A program made the position numbers and the translations under genes. A stretch of DNA of 64,000 nucleotides from Veleropilina oligotropha (taxonomy: Eukaryota): NCBI GenBank assembly GCA_048128005.1, contig JBEUKZ010000071.1, positions 1 to 64,000 of the forward strand. The letters run 5' to 3'. The notes beneath the pieces are model-generated. The model did not search any database, was not told the DNA's origin, and saw only the letters and a program-made list of their open reading frames with translations. This document shows, one piece after another, positions 27,296-41,868 of this stretch. The first letter of the stretch is position 1; the number at the start of each line of letters is the position of its first letter.

Positions 27296-27475
27296 GTAAG
27301 TATTGTTAGTTGCATCATTTGTTTAGGATTTCTGTTCGTGCAGTTTATGTCCACATTCTTACATGTTCCAAAGAGAACCTGGTGATAAAGTAGCTCATCG
27401 TTACTATTTCCTTTGATTGCTAGCGTCTAATATTCCAACAGTATGGACCCGGATGTAGAGTCCCTCATCATTACT

Positions 27476-28382
27476 GTTTATCACATATCTAGGTCATTCT
27501 CCCATAGTGCAACACCGTGTATTATTCGTCGTAATGAACGTGTGTTTTTGCCATATCCAAATGCGATTGGATGAATTAATGAATGAAATTAGAACAGCCA
27601 ATAGAAATGCGTGTCACTAAAGGTCGAGCACACTTCTTGTTTGTACTACGTTTTGTTTAATGAGATTGCCGCCAATATTTGTAATGTTGACAATATGGCG
27701 GCGATAGTGGAAACATTTATAGCAACGGCCAAAAAACAACAACATGTTAGAGATTATTGGAACTGATTTTAAGGTAACGAGATTGCGGACGCGACAATCA
27801 CATATATGCAGGACCCGAGGTACGTATACATGTATACATAGCTTCTCCGCGATAGCAGACGTCAATGACAGATTCTAACCGGTCAGCGACACATAGCCTA
27901 TCCACCGTTACTGTTTTTGGCAGATAGTTTTAAATCCTAATGAAAATTGTTATTCTAATATGTTCATATAGTTTATATAAAGTTATATCGGTTCATTTTC
28001 AAAGAATATTTATTAATTAACTGAATTAATCAACTACTTTCGCACTCTTTTTAGACGGCATTAATGTTACTAATTTATGTAATGAGTAAACACGTCCTTT
28101 TTGCATTAAACTGTTTACATATCACTACGCCGTAATGTCGCCTTCAATCTACCGCTGATTCTTCGTACCGGTGAGGCAATTTCGTGAGTTTGTAGTTTGT
28201 TTCCTACCGAAGAGCGATATGTGATAAACAGAACCTCACACTCGTGGTAATGTAATATCACATTTATGAAACTCGTTTAACTAATTTTCATATTTTCCTC
28301 GGCAAGCCTCGGAAAATATGAAAATTAGTTAAACTCGTTTCATAAATGTGATATTACATTACCACTCATATGAGATCCTCTA
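27476..28382. mobile_element. Non-autonomous DNA element with long subterminal hairpin, inserted in the 60-bp satellite
   Basis: 55-bp inverted arms 28244-28298 / 28311-28365; left end tgtttatcacatatc is inverted at 28216-28230; the satellite resumes in register. Confidence 0.65.
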
Positions 28383-31300
28383 TTTCCTTTGATTGCTAGC
28401 ATCTAATATTCCAACAGTATGGACCCGGATGTAGAGCCCCTCATCGTTATTGTTTCCTTTGATTACTAGCATCTAATATTCCAACAGTATGGACCCAGAT
28501 GTAGAGCCCCTCATCGTTACTGTTTCCTTTGATTGCTAGCGTCTAATATTCCAACAGTATGGACCCAGATGTAGAGCCCCTCATCGTTACTGTTTCCTTT
28601 GATTGCTAGCATCTAATATTCCAACAGTATGGACCCAGATGTAGAGCCCCTCATCGTTACTGTTTCCTTTGATTGCTAGCGTCTAATATTCCAACAGTAT
28701 GCACCCGGATGTAGAGCCCCTCATCGTTACTGTTTCCTTTGATTACTAGCATCTAATATTCCAACAGTATGGACCCAGATGTAGAGCCCCTCATCGTTAC
28801 TGTTTCCTTTCATTGCTAGCATCTAATATTCCAACAGTATGGACCCGGATGTAGAGCCCCTCATCGTTACTGTTTCCTTTCATTGCTAGCATCTAATATT
28901 CCAACAGTATGGACCCGGATGTAGAGCCCCTCATCGTTACTGTTTCCTTTCATTGCTAGCATCTAATATTCCAACAGTATGGACCCGGATGTAGAGCCCC
29001 TCATCATTACTGTTTTCGTTCATTGCTAGCATCTAATATTCCAACAGTATGGACCCGGATGTAGAGCCCCTCATCGTTACTGTTTCCTTTCATTGCTAGC
29101 ATCTAATATTCCAACAGTATGGACCCGGATGTAGAGCCCCTCATCGTTACTGTTTCCTTTCATTGCTAGCATCTAATATTCCAACAGTATGGACCCAGAT
29201 GTAGAGCCCCTCATCGTTACTGTTGCCTTTGATTCCTAGCATCTAATATTCCAACAGTATGGACCCGGATGTAGAGCCCCTCATCATTACTGTTTCCTTT
29301 GATTGCTAGCATCTAATATTCCAACAGTATGGACCCAGATGTAGAGCCCCTCATCGTTACTGTTTCCTTTGATTGCTAGCGTCTAATATTCCAACAGTAT
29401 GGACCCAGATGTAGAGCCCCTCATCGTTACTGTTTCCTTTGATTCCTAGCATCTAATATTCCAACAGTATGGACCCGGATGTAGAGCCCCTCATCATTAC
29501 TGTTTCCTTTGATTGCTAGCATCTAATATTCCAACAGTATGGACCCAGATGTAGAGCCCCTCATCGTTACTGTTTCCTTTGATTGCTAGCGTCTAATATT
29601 CCAACAGTATGGACCCGGATGTAGAGCCCCTCATCGTTACTGTTTCCTTTTATTGCTAACATCTAATATTCCAACAGTATGGACCCAGATGTAGAGCCCC
29701 TCATCGTTACTGTTTCCTTTGATTGCTAGCATCTAATATTCCAACAGTATGGACCCAGATGTAGAGCCCCTCATCGTTACTGTTGCCTTTGATTCCTAGC
29801 ATCTAATATTCCAACAGTATGGACCCGGATGTAGAGCCCCTCATCATTACTGTTTCCTTTGATTGCTAGCGTCTAATATTCCAACAGTATGGACCCAGAT
29901 GTAGAGCCCCTCATCGTTACTGTTTCCTTTGATTGCTAGCGTCTAATATTCCAACAGTATGGACCCAGATGTAGAGCCCCTCATCGTTACTGTTTCCTTT
30001 GATTGCTAGCATCTAATATTCTAACAGTATGGACCCAGATGTAGAGCCCCTCATCGTTACTGTTTCCTTTGATTGCTAGCGTCTAATATTCCAACAGTAT
30101 GGACCCAGATGTAGAGCCCCTCATCGTTACTGTTTCCTTTGATTGCTAGCATCTAATATTCCAACAGTATGGACCCAGATGTAGAGCCCCTCATCGTTAC
30201 TGTTGCCTTTGATTCCTAGTATCTAATATTCCAACAGTATGGACCCGGATGTAGAGCCCCTCATCGTTACTGTTTCCTTTGATTGCTAGCGTCTAATATT
30301 CCAACAGTATGGACCCAGATGTAGAGCCCCTCATCGTTACTGTTTCCTTTGATTGCTAGCATCTAATATTCTAACAGTATGGACCCAGATGTAGAGCCCC
30401 TCATCGTTACTGTTTCCTTTGATTGCTAGCGTCTAATATTCCAACAGTATGGACCCAGATGTAGAGCCCCTCATCATTACTGTTTCCTTTGATTGCTATT
30501 GTCTAATATTCCAACAGTATGGACCCAGATGTAGAGCCCCTCATCGTTACTGTTTCCTTTGATTGCTAGCATCTAATATTCCAACAGTATGGACCTAGAT
30601 GTAGAGCCCCTCATCGTTACTGTTGCCTTTGATTCCTAGCATCTAATATTCCAACAGTATGGACCCGGATGTAGAGCCCCTCATCATTACCGTTTCCTTC
30701 ATCTAATATTCCAACAGTATGGACCCAGATGTAGAGCCCCTCATCGTTACTGTTTCCTTTCATTGCTAGCATCTAATATTCCAACAGTATGGACCCAGAT
30801 GTAGAGCCCCTCATCGTTACTGTTTCCTTTGATTGCTAGCATCTAATATTCCAACAGTATGGACCCAGATGTAGAGCCCCTCATCGTTACTGTTTCCTTT
30901 CATTGCTAGCATCTAATATTCCAACAGTATGGACCCGGATGTAGAGCCCCTCATCGTTACTGTTTCCTTTCATTGCTAGCATCTAATATTCCAACAGTAT
31001 GGACCCGGATGTAGAGCCCCTCATCGTTACCGTTTCCTTTGATTGCTAGCATCTAATATTCCAACAGTATGGACCCAGATGTAGAGCCCCTCATCGTTAC
31101 TGTTTCCTTTGATTGCTAGCATCTAATATTCCAACAGTATGGACCCAGATGTAGAGCCCCTCATCGTTACTGTTGCCTTTGATTCCTAGCATCTAATATT
31201 CCAACAGTATGGACCCAGATGTATAGCCCCTCATCGTTACTGTTTCCTTTCATTGCTAGCATCTAATATTCCAACAGTATGGACCCAGATGTAGAGCCCC

Positions 31301-34300
31301 TCATCATTACTGTTTCCTTTGATTGCTAGCATCTAATATTCCAACAGTATGGACCCAGATGTAGAGCCCCTCATCGTTACTGTTTCCTTTCATTGCTAGC
31401 ATCTAATATTCTAACAGTATGGACCCAGATGTAGAGCCCCTCATCATTACTGTTTCCTTTGATTGCTAGCATCTAATATTCCAACAGTATGGACCCAGAT
31501 GTAGAGCCCCTCATCGTTACTGTTTCCTTTGATTGCTAGCGTCTAATATTCCAACAGTATGGACCCGGATGTAGAGCCCCTCATCATTACTGTTTCCTTT
31601 GATTGCTAGCGTCTAATATTCCAACAGTATGGACCCAGATGTAGAGCCCCTCATCGTTACCGTTTCCTTTGATTGCTAGCATCTAATATTCCAACAGTAT
31701 GGACCCAGATGTAGAGCCCCTCATCGTTACTGTTTCCTTTGATTGCTAGCATCTAATATTCCAACAGTATGGACCCAGATGTAGAGCCCCTCATCGTTAC
31801 TGTTTCCTTTGATTGCTAGCATCTAATATTCCAACAGTATGGACCCGGATGTAGAGCCCCTCATCATTACCGTTTTCTTTGATTGCTAGCATCTAATATT
31901 CCAACAGTATGGACCCAGATGTAGAGCCCCTCATCATTACTGTTTCCTTTGATTGCTAGCGTCTAATATTCTAACAGTATGGACCCAGATGTAGAGCCCC
32001 TCATCGTTACTGTTTCCTTTGATTGCTAGCATCTAATATTCCAACAGTATGGACCCAGATGTAGAGCCCCTCATCATTACTGTTTCCTTTGATTGCTAGC
32101 GTCTAATATTCTAACAGTATGGACCCGGATGTAGAGCCCCTCATCATTACCGTTTCCTTTGATTGCTAGCATCTAATATTCCAACAGTATGGACCCAGAT
32201 GTAGAGCCCCTCATCATTACTGTTTCCTTTGATTGCTAGCGTCTAATATTCTAACAGTATGGACCCGGATGTAGAGCCCCTCATCATTACCGTTTCCTTT
32301 GATTGCTAGCATCTAATATTCCAACAGTATGGACCCAGATGTAGAGCCCCTCATCATTACTGTTTCCTTTGATTGCTAGCGTCTAATATTCTAACAGTAT
32401 GGACCCAGATGTAGAGCCCCTCATCGTTACTGTTTCCTTTGATTGCTAGCGTCTAATATTCCAACAGTATGGACCCAGATGTAGAGCCCCTCATCGTTAC
32501 TGTTTCCTTTGATTGCTAGCATCTAATATTCCAACAGTATGGACCCAGATGTAGAGCCCCTCATCGTTACTGTTTCCTTTGATTGCTAGCATCTAATATT
32601 CCAACAGTATGGACCCAGATGTAGAGCCCCTCATCATTACTGTTTCCTTTGATTACTAGCATCTAATATTCCAACAGTATGGACCCAGATGTAGAGCCCC
32701 TCATCATTACCGGTTTCTTTGATTGCTAGCATCTAATATTCCAACAGTATGGACCCGGATGTAGAGCCCCTCATCGTTACTGTTTCCTTTGATTGCTAGC
32801 GTCTAATATTCTAACAGTATGGACCCGGATGTAGAGCCCCTCATCGTTACTGTTTCCTTTGATTGCTAGCGTCTAATATTCTAACAGTATGGACCCAGAT
32901 GTAGAGCCCCTCATCATTACCGTTTCCTTTGATTGCTAGCATCTAATATTCCAACAGTATGGACCCGGATGTAGAGCCCCTCATCGTTACTGTTTTCTTT
33001 CATTGCTAGCATCTAATATTCCAACAGTATGGACCCAGATGTAGAGCCCCTCATCGTTACTGTTTCCTTTGATTGCTAGCATCTAATATTCCAACAGTAT
33101 GGACCCAGATGTAGAGCCCCTCATCGTTACTGTTTTCTTTCATTGCTAGCATCTAATATTCCAACAGTATGGACCCAGATGTAGAGCCCCTCATCGTTAC
33201 TGTTTCCTTTGATTGCTAGCATCTAATATTCCAACAGTATGGACCCAGATGTAGAGCCCCTCATCATTACTGTTTCCTTTGATTACTAGCATCTAATATT
33301 CCAACAGTATGGACCCAGATGTAGAGCCCCTCATCATTACCGGTTTCTTTGATTGCTAGCGTCTAATATTCCAACAGTATGGACCCAGATGTAGAGCCCC
33401 TCATCGTTACTGTTTCCTTTGATTGCTAGCGTCTAATATTCCAACAGTATGGACCCAGATGTAGAGCCCCTCATCGTTACTGTTTCCTTTGATTGCTAGC
33501 ATCTAATATTCTAACAGTATGGACCCAGATGTAGAGCCCCTCATCGTTACTGTTGCCTTTGATTCCTAGCATCTAATATTCCAACAGTATGGACCCGGAT
33601 GTAGAGCCCCTCATCATTACTGTTTCCTTTCATTGCTAGCATCTAATATTCCAACAGTATGGACCCAGATGTAGAGCCCCTCATCATTACTGTTTCCTTT
33701 GATTGCTAGCGTCTAATATTCTAACAGTATGGACCCGGATGTAGAGCCCCTCATCATTACTGTTTCCTTTGATTGCTAGCGTCTAATATTCTAACAGTAT
33801 GGACCCGGATGTAGAGCCCCTCATCATTACTGTTGCCTTTGATTGCTAGCATCTAATATTCTAACAGTATGGACCCAGATGTAGAGCCCCTCATCGTTAC
33901 TGTTGCCTTTGATTCCTAGCATCTAATATTCCAACAGTATGGACCCGGATGTAGAGCCCCTCATCATTACTGTTTCCTTTCATTGCTAGCATCTAATATT
34001 CCAACAGTATGGACCCAGATGTAGAGCCCCTCATCGTTACTGTTTCCTTTGATTGCTAGCATCTAATATTCTAACAGTATGGACCCAGATGTAGAGCCCC
34101 TCATCGTTACTGTTGCCTTTGATTCCTAGCATCTAATATTCCAACAGTATGGACCCGGATGTAGAGCCCCTCATCATTACTGTTTCCTTTCATTGCTAGC
34201 ATCTAATATTCCAACAGTATGGACCCAGATGTAGAGCCCCTCATCATTACTGTTTCCTTTGATTGCTAGCATCTAATATTCCAACAGTATGGACCCAGAT

Positions 34301-36212
34301 GTAGAGCCCCTCATCATTACTGTTTCCTTTGATTGCTAGCGTCTAATATTCTAACAGTATGGACCCGGATGTAGAGCCCCTCATCATTACTGTTTCCTTT
34401 GATTACTAGCATCTACTATTCCAACAGTATGGACCCAGATGTAGAGCCCCTCATCATTACTGTTTCCTTTGATTGCTAGCATCTAATATTCCAACAGTAT
34501 GGACCCAGATGTAGAGCCCCTCATCGTTATTGTTTCCTTTGATTGCTAGCATCTAATATTCCAACAGTATGGACCCGGATGTAGAGCCCCTCATCATTAC
34601 CGTTTTCTTTCATTGCTAGCATCTAATATTCCAACAGTATGGACCCAGATGTAGAGCCCCTCATCATTACTGTTTCCTTTCATTGCTAGCATCTAATATT
34701 CCAACAGTATGGACCCGGATGTAGAGCCCCTCATCATTACTGTTTCCTTTCATTGCTAGCATCTAATATTCTAACAGTATGGACCCAGATGTAGAGCCCC
34801 TCATCGTTACTGTTTCCTTTGATTGCTAGCATCTAATATTCCAACAGTATGGACCCAGATGTAGAGCCCCTCATCATTACTGTTTCCTTAGATTGCTAGC
34901 GTCTAATATTCTAACAGTATGGACCCGGATGTAGAGCCCCTCATCATTACTGTTTCCTTTGATTGCTAACATCTAATATTCCAACAGTATGGACCCGGAT
35001 GTAGAGCCCCTCATCATTACTGTTTCCTTTCATTGCTAGCATCTAATATTCCAACAGTATGGACCCAGATGTAGAGCCCCTCATCATTACTGTTTCCTTT
35101 CATTGCTAGCATCTAATATTCCAACAGTATGGACCCAGATGTAGAGCCCCTCATCGTTACTGTTTCCTTTGATTGCTAGCATCTAATATTCCAACAGTAT
35201 GGACCCGGATGTAGAGCCCCTCATCGTTACTGTTTCCTTTGATTGCTAGCATCTAATATTCTAACAGTATGGACCCGGATGTAGAGCCCCTCATCATTAC
35301 TGTTTCCTTTGATTGCTAGCGTCTAATATTCCAACAGTATGGACCCAGATGTAGAGCCCCTCATCATTACTGTTTCCTTTGATTGCTAGCGTCTAATATT
35401 CCAACAGTATGGACCCAGATGTAGAGCCCCTCATCATTACTGTTTCCTTTGATTGCTAGCGTCTAATATTCTAACAGTATGGACCCGGATGTAGAGCCCC
35501 TCATCATTACTGTTTCCTTTGATTACTAGCATCTAATATTCCAACAGTATGGACCCAGATGTAGAGCCCCTCATCGTTACTGTTTCCTTTGATTACTAGC
35601 GTCTAATATTCTAACAGTATGGACCCGGATGTAGAGCCCCTCATCATTACTGTTTCCTTTGATTGCTAGCGTCTAATATTCCAACAGTATGGACCCAGAT
35701 GTAGAGCCCCTCATCATTACTGTTTCCTTTGATTGCTAGCGTCTAATATTCTAACAGTATGGACCCAGATGTAGAGCCCCTCATCATTACTGTTTCCTTT
35801 GATTACTAGCATCTAATATTCTAACAGTATGGACCCAGATGTAGAGCCCCTCATCGTTACTGTTTCCTTTGATTGCTAGCGTCTAATATTCCAACAGTAT
35901 GGACCCAGATGTAGAGCCCCTCATCGTTACCGTTTCCTTTGATTGCTAGCGTCTAATATTCCAACAGTATGGACCCAGATGTAGAGCACCTCATCGTTAC
36001 TGTTTCCTTTGATTGCTAGCGTCTAATATTCCAACTGTATGGACCCAGATGTAGAGCCCTCATCATTACTGTTTCCTTTGATTGCTAGCGTCTAATATTC
36101 CAACAATATGGACCCAGATGTAGAGCCCCTCATCGTTACTGTTTCCTTTGATTGCTAGCATCTAATATTCCAACAGTATGCACCCGGATGTAGAGCCCCT
36201 CATCATTACTGT

Positions 36213-36602
36213 TTTTATGCCACCACCAATTTATTGGGGTGGCATTTAGATTTACTCTTGTCCGTCCCGTCCGTCCGTCCCGTCCCGTCCGGGGCAGTAT
36301 TTGCGTGTAAGCAACTCCAATCTGCTATAACTTCTATTTGCCTTCATGGATTGACTTCATACTGTTAAATTGTACACTTGCTTATCATCATTCATCCTTC
36401 GCTTCTGCGACCCATCCATGTCGCCGTATGGCCAAGGTCAAGGTCAAATGACTTAGCTCTTCAAACCAGTATTTGCGTGTAAACAACTCAAATCTGCTAT
36501 AACTTCTATTTGCCTTCATGGATTGACTTGATACTTTGTACACTGCCCCTATGGTCAAGGCTGCCAGTGGGGGCATTCGTGTCCGATGGACATATTTCTA
36601 GT
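36213..36602 (+). mobile_element. Helentron/HINE-like element, family B
   Basis: 5' atgccacc..ggtggcat hairpin, (GTCC/GTCCC)n microsatellite, 3' gggggcat..gtcc.ggac..ctagt end; same family as the copies at 62170 and 63445. Confidence 0.8.
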
Positions 36603-36841
36603 CTTTCATTGCTAGCATCTAATATTCCAACAGTATGGACCCGGATGTAGAGCCCCTCATCGTTACTGTTTCCTTTCATTGCTAGCGTCTAATATTCCAA
36701 CAGTATGGACCCAGATGTAGAGCCCCTCATCGTTATTGTTTCCTTTGATTGCTAACATCTAATATTCCAATAGTATGGACCCGGATGTAGAGCCCCTCAT
36801 CATTACTGTTTTCTATTCATTACAAACATCTAATGTTCCAA

Positions 36842-37307
36842 GGCCACTCTGGTAGTCATATGGTTCGAACCTCAGTTGGGGCAATGACATTTTTTGCTCA
36901 GTCGTCAATCGCGGTTGTCCATAACTGGCCGAAGATTGCGGGTTCCCCAGGCGAACGGTTTCCTCCCGCGATAATATGGACTTGTCCTGCCTTGAATTTA
37001 CATGTTGAAAATATATATGACGAGCGTTGATCCACTCCAATCGGCCGCTTCGGCAGCGCAGTGGGTAAGAGTGTCCAATCGAAATTCACTGGCTTGATTC
37101 CGCTAAAGCGAACAGTAGTGGGTTCAATACCTGGCAGAGGCATTGACATTTGTTGAAGTTATGAATCACAGTTGTCCGCGACTGGCCGAAGAGGGTGCGT
37201 TTACCCGGGCGACCGGGGTTTCCTCCCGCAAGAACACGGACATGCCTTGAACCTCGATGTTGTAAATATACAGGATATTAAACATCATTCCTCCCTCCTC
37301 CACTCCA
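36842..37307 (+). mobile_element. Two nested family-A SINEs
   Basis: Inner copy 37043-37298 with TSD tccactccaatc; outer 5'-truncated copy with TSD atctaatgttccaa (36828-36841 / 37308-37321). Confidence 0.85.
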
Positions 37308-37348
37308 ATCTAATGTTCCAACAATAATTTCTTTCTCTTTCCTTGCAG

Positions 37349-37495
37349 CGGATCAGCACTGCCAGCGGGGACGGCCGCCATTACTGTTACCCCCACTTCA
37401 CGTGCGCAGTGGACACCGAGAATATCCGCCGGGTGTTCAACGACTGTCGGGACATCATACAAAGAATGCATCTGCGTCAATATGAGCTTCTGTGA
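37349..37495 (+). CDS. GNAS: G-alpha-s last coding exon
   Basis: ttgcag|CGG...[51 protein letters not shown], the diagnostic Gs C-terminus. Confidence 0.98.
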   Translation, partial: RISTASGDGRHYCYPHFTCAVDTENIRRVFNDCRDIIQRMHLRQYELL

Positions 37496-39125
37496 TGGCT
37501 GACTGGCGCCCGTCGTTGTGGATACACGAGTCGACAGCGTTGTTGTCCGTGTGTCCATCGACAAGGGTGGTAGTCAACAAATTTGTGCGATGCATCGTTG
37601 CTTCGCGTAAATTAAATCTCGTGTACATGTTTCTTTCCATGCCGTGGATGGGTGGGATCATGCTTTGTTGGATAAAAGTGCTTGTTAACGGGTTCCGCGC
37701 TGTCAGAACCTCAACTCATCCTTCTTGCATCTGGCCTCGTCTCTCATTCCTACCCTCTGGATTCATGCAGTCTGGAGTAGGTGGTATGGCCGGGTAGGAC
37801 ACACTGAATGCCGATTTAAGATCGCTCTGTTATTGTCACATTTTTTAATTGTTTTTACCTGTGAATGACTGGAAGTATACAGAATGAACAGAACGTGTTA
37901 CATACATATTCGTTATGAAATTAGGAGCACAATTTTTGTGAGAATTTATTTTATGCAAAATGTTTTCGCTGTATGGATATGATTCAGTTTTTGTCGCTGC
38001 TCTTCACAGTGAGCAACTGAATGGCCTGATATTTCTTCATTTGTCCTTTTAGTTTCCTTTAATTCTTTCGAGTGTCTTGCAATACGCATATGTTGTTTTG
38101 ATGCCTCGTTTTCTTGTGTAATAATTTCAGCATAACATATTACAGTGACATTGTGCATCGTTGGTTTATTTCTAAATATGAATTTGGCATGACAACAGCG
38201 AGGGACACTATTGAATGCATATTGTACTGTGCACAAGATTATAATACTGTAAGCATAAAGGTTGGTCTTGACTGAGCGAGTGACCCAATCTTGGTCTCCG
38301 CTGCCACCACAGACAACTGCTGTTCTATAGGGTACACGTGGCGGTGCGACCGTCGTTAATATCACTGCTCTCGATATCGTTTCGTTTTCTGGTTTGTTGA
38401 CGCACACTGGGGGGGGGGGGGGGGTCTTGTAGGTTGTTTTATTTTAAAACATTTTTGTAAATGGACTTCTGTACATAAACTATTCAAGTTGATTTTATAC
38501 CACACACTTTAATTTTATCTGCCCTTATATTGTATTGTTGCTAGGTTTTAATTAAGTGCAGTCTGATGTGCTCGCACAGTCACCTTTGTTAGCATCAGCT
38601 GCGATGTGGTCCGGATTCCACCATGAGTTATCTCCCCTGGGCGGCAGTAAGGGCCTCCCATTTGTCCCACTGTAACGTTTTGTATCTTATTTTCTGTTCA
38701 AGCAGTAATGCAAATTGTCTGTCTGCGATATGTAATGTTGTTAGGTCATCATCAGCTTGGTTATGAATGAATGTTTAGGCTTGTATATATATGTGATCAT
38801 CTTATCAGTAATGCTTGTGTACTGTTGAAACACATTTCTTTTCTTCGTGCGGGATTGATTAGGGTGAAGTAGCGGATCATCAGTCAAAATAGAAGTGTCA
38901 ACTTATCGTGTCCCGGTGACTTTAAATCCTTCCGACAACCGTCTCTATTGCACGTATATGTTGCCTGACCATCCATCAACATGCACCTCCATTACAAAGT
39001 CTTTAACTTGTTAGCACCAAATCTTATAGGTTGATTTCGTACCAAAATTTTCCTGAATTCAATTGCCAAAAGTTCAGTTTGCGAAAGTACATCAAAGGAA
39101 TCCATGACAAAAACTCCATAAAAGA

Positions 39126-39603
39126 CCATGGATAATACCATATCGAGTATATATCATGGATAATACCATATTGAGTATATATCATGGATAATACCATATT
39201 GAGTATATATCATGGATAATACCATATTGAGTATATATCATGGATAATACCGTATTGAGTATATATCATGGATAATACCATATTGAGTATATATCATGGA
39301 TAATACCATATTGAGTATATATCATGGATAATACCATATTGAGTATATATCATGGATAATACCATATTGAGTATATATCATGGATAATACCATATTGAGT
39401 ATATATCATGGATAATACCATATCGAGTATATATCATGGATAATACCATATCGAGTATATATCATGGATAATTCCATATCGAGTATATATCATGGATAAT
39501 ACCATATCGAGTATATATCATGGATAATACCATATTGAGTATATATCATGGATAATACCATATTGAGTATATATCATGGATAATACCATATTGAGTAGAT
39601 ATC
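39126..39603. repeat. 28-bp minisatellite, ~17 copies
   Basis: catggataataccatattgagtatatat. Confidence 0.96.
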
Positions 39604-40634
39604 ACCACCAACATATAACAACAACATGAATGGATATTATTGTTAATTCGCTCGTTTTTAGGAATCAGTTATAATAGATGGCCAGCATGTTGTTCACGAA
39701 GTCAAACAAGTGTTTCCTTAAATAATGTATGCATTATCTTATCTTTATTCGTAAATTAAGGAGAATTTATAGGATTTCCTCGTGATATGGATTTATAATA
39801 AAGTATTCTTACCATTAAAATTATGCAATGAAAACCACATATTAAGTAATTTTGCAGGGTCTAAAATTTGAATTTTTGATCTGGTAGCTTCTATTTCATT
39901 CAGACAGGCTGACCTTAAAAAATATTCAATGTCAGAATTATAAGAGCGTCTCGTGCTGTATAGGCACATAAACCAGCACATGGTGCAATGCAAGATACGG
40001 TCTGAGCTGAACATAAGTCATGTCTGTACTATGTGTACACATATACTTCTATTTGTACACATGTATGTATGTTTGCAAATATGTGACTGACTGCTTCTTC
40101 GACAAGATTCATTGCGTGACTGGCGACGTGAACGCTATATGTTGTTTTGTTATCTGTCATCTCGTATGGTACAGAGCCTTCTAGCTGAACTACAATGATA
40201 TGTGATATCTGTGTGCACGTTCATTATTAATGCTATGATGCAATGATGTTTTTATTATATATACAGCTATTATAGAAGGTAACTTGTAAAGTGTCTAAAT
40301 TTATAACATATATATACCTTTGTTGTATGGCATTATTTCATGATGTTTCTGTTTATTTTGTATTCATACACTATATAGCTACTTGTTTTTTATACATTTG
40401 AGCAGTGTCCAATTGCACGCCTCTCCACTAACATCAAAGCTACAATGAAATCACAAATAATCCAGTGTGAAGTTCTCACAGTTTTGTCTAATACCAACAT
40501 ACGTAATTCTTTTTATGAAAATTATTCTGCTTGTGTAGATTTGATGCAAATTAGATTTGACTAACATTAGTTATTTATTATTTTAAAGGTAAAATTTATT
40601 CACTGATGTGTGTTATTTTTATATTATTATATTT

Positions 40635-40724
40635 AATCGCAACGCACATGTTATCAGCCAATCAAATCGCAATGCACATGTTATCAGCCAATCAAATCGC
40701 AACGCACATGTTATCAGCCAATCA
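40635..40724. repeat. 30-bp tandem repeat x3
   Basis: aatcgcaacgcacatgttatcagccaatca. Confidence 0.85.
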
Positions 40725-41343
40725 TAGATAAAAACAGAATGTAGTAAATGTACAAAAAAGTTCAGATAGCTTTCGTGTGTGTAATTAGTTTTTATTTATT
40801 GATTACTTTAATGAAATAATATATGTATTTTTATAATCAATGCATTCATTTTTATAAGCAAATGAAGTTAAATATATGGATTGATTCATAGAAATTATAT
40901 ATATAATATGTATATATCAGAATAGATGGTTTTGATTCAAATTCGATGCACATTACATTGATATTACTAATAAATTATAATATGTCAGAATATTTAGATT
41001 CATTCGCGCACCACGATTTTAGAAATATTTATGCATGGTAACGTCTAAGTATGGCTGGTATTTCCTTGTTGCTCCAGTTTGTGCATGCAGCATTGCTGTT
41101 ATATGCAATTGAAACCACGGATAAAATGGGAGTCGTATGATTGAACCGAATATGGTTGACCACTGTAACATCTACATGACAGCGCATGGATTTGTTGATC
41201 GAATATTGAGCCTGACGGATTTTCTTGACTATATCCACATCAAAGATAATTAAATCTAAAATTCGGTAAGCAAATAAAACAAAACTTATCTGTGAAAATT
41301 CTGTAGCATTATGCAAGCTCACATTTTTATTACTTACATGTAC

Positions 41344-41868
41344 CAAGCATCCGGTGCTGTGGACCTGTCCGGGTATATTTGTATTACATACATACAAGCA
41401 TCCGGTGCTGTGGACCTGTCCTGGTATATTTGTATTACATGCATACAAGCATCTGGTGCTGTGGACCTGTCCGGGTATATTTGTATTACATACATACAAG
41501 CATCCGGTGCTGTGGACCTGTCCTGGTATATTTGTATTACATACATACAAGCATCCGGTGCTGTGGACCTGTCCTGGTATATTTGTATTACATACATACA
41601 AGCATCCGGTGCTGTGGACCTGTCCGGGTATATTTGTATTACATACATGCAAGCATCCGGTGCTGTGGACCTGTCCTGGTATGTCCGGTGCTGTGGACCT
41701 GTCCGGGTATATTTGTATTACATGCATACAAGCATCCGGTGCTGTGGACCTGTCCTGGTATGTCCGGTGCTGTGGACCTGTCCGGGTATATTTGTATTAC
41801 ATACATACAAGCATCCGGTGCTGTGGACCTGTCCTGATCTGTTCGCTGCTGTGGACCTGTCCTGGTAT
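41344..41868. repeat. 51-bp minisatellite, ~10 copies
   Basis: caagcatccggtgctgtggacctgtccgggtatatttgtattacatacata. Confidence 0.95.

Larger units (their letters stand above)
27390..36812. repeat. 60-bp satellite, ~135 copies, interrupted by two insertions
   Basis: tcatcgttactgtttcctttgattgctagcatctaatattccaacagtatggacccagatgtagagcccc-type unit; main block 28383-36212. Confidence 0.9.

Noticed and set aside
28383..36212. CRISPR-like array
   Set aside because: Head-to-tail units with no unique spacers and no cas genes, in a eukaryotic intron.
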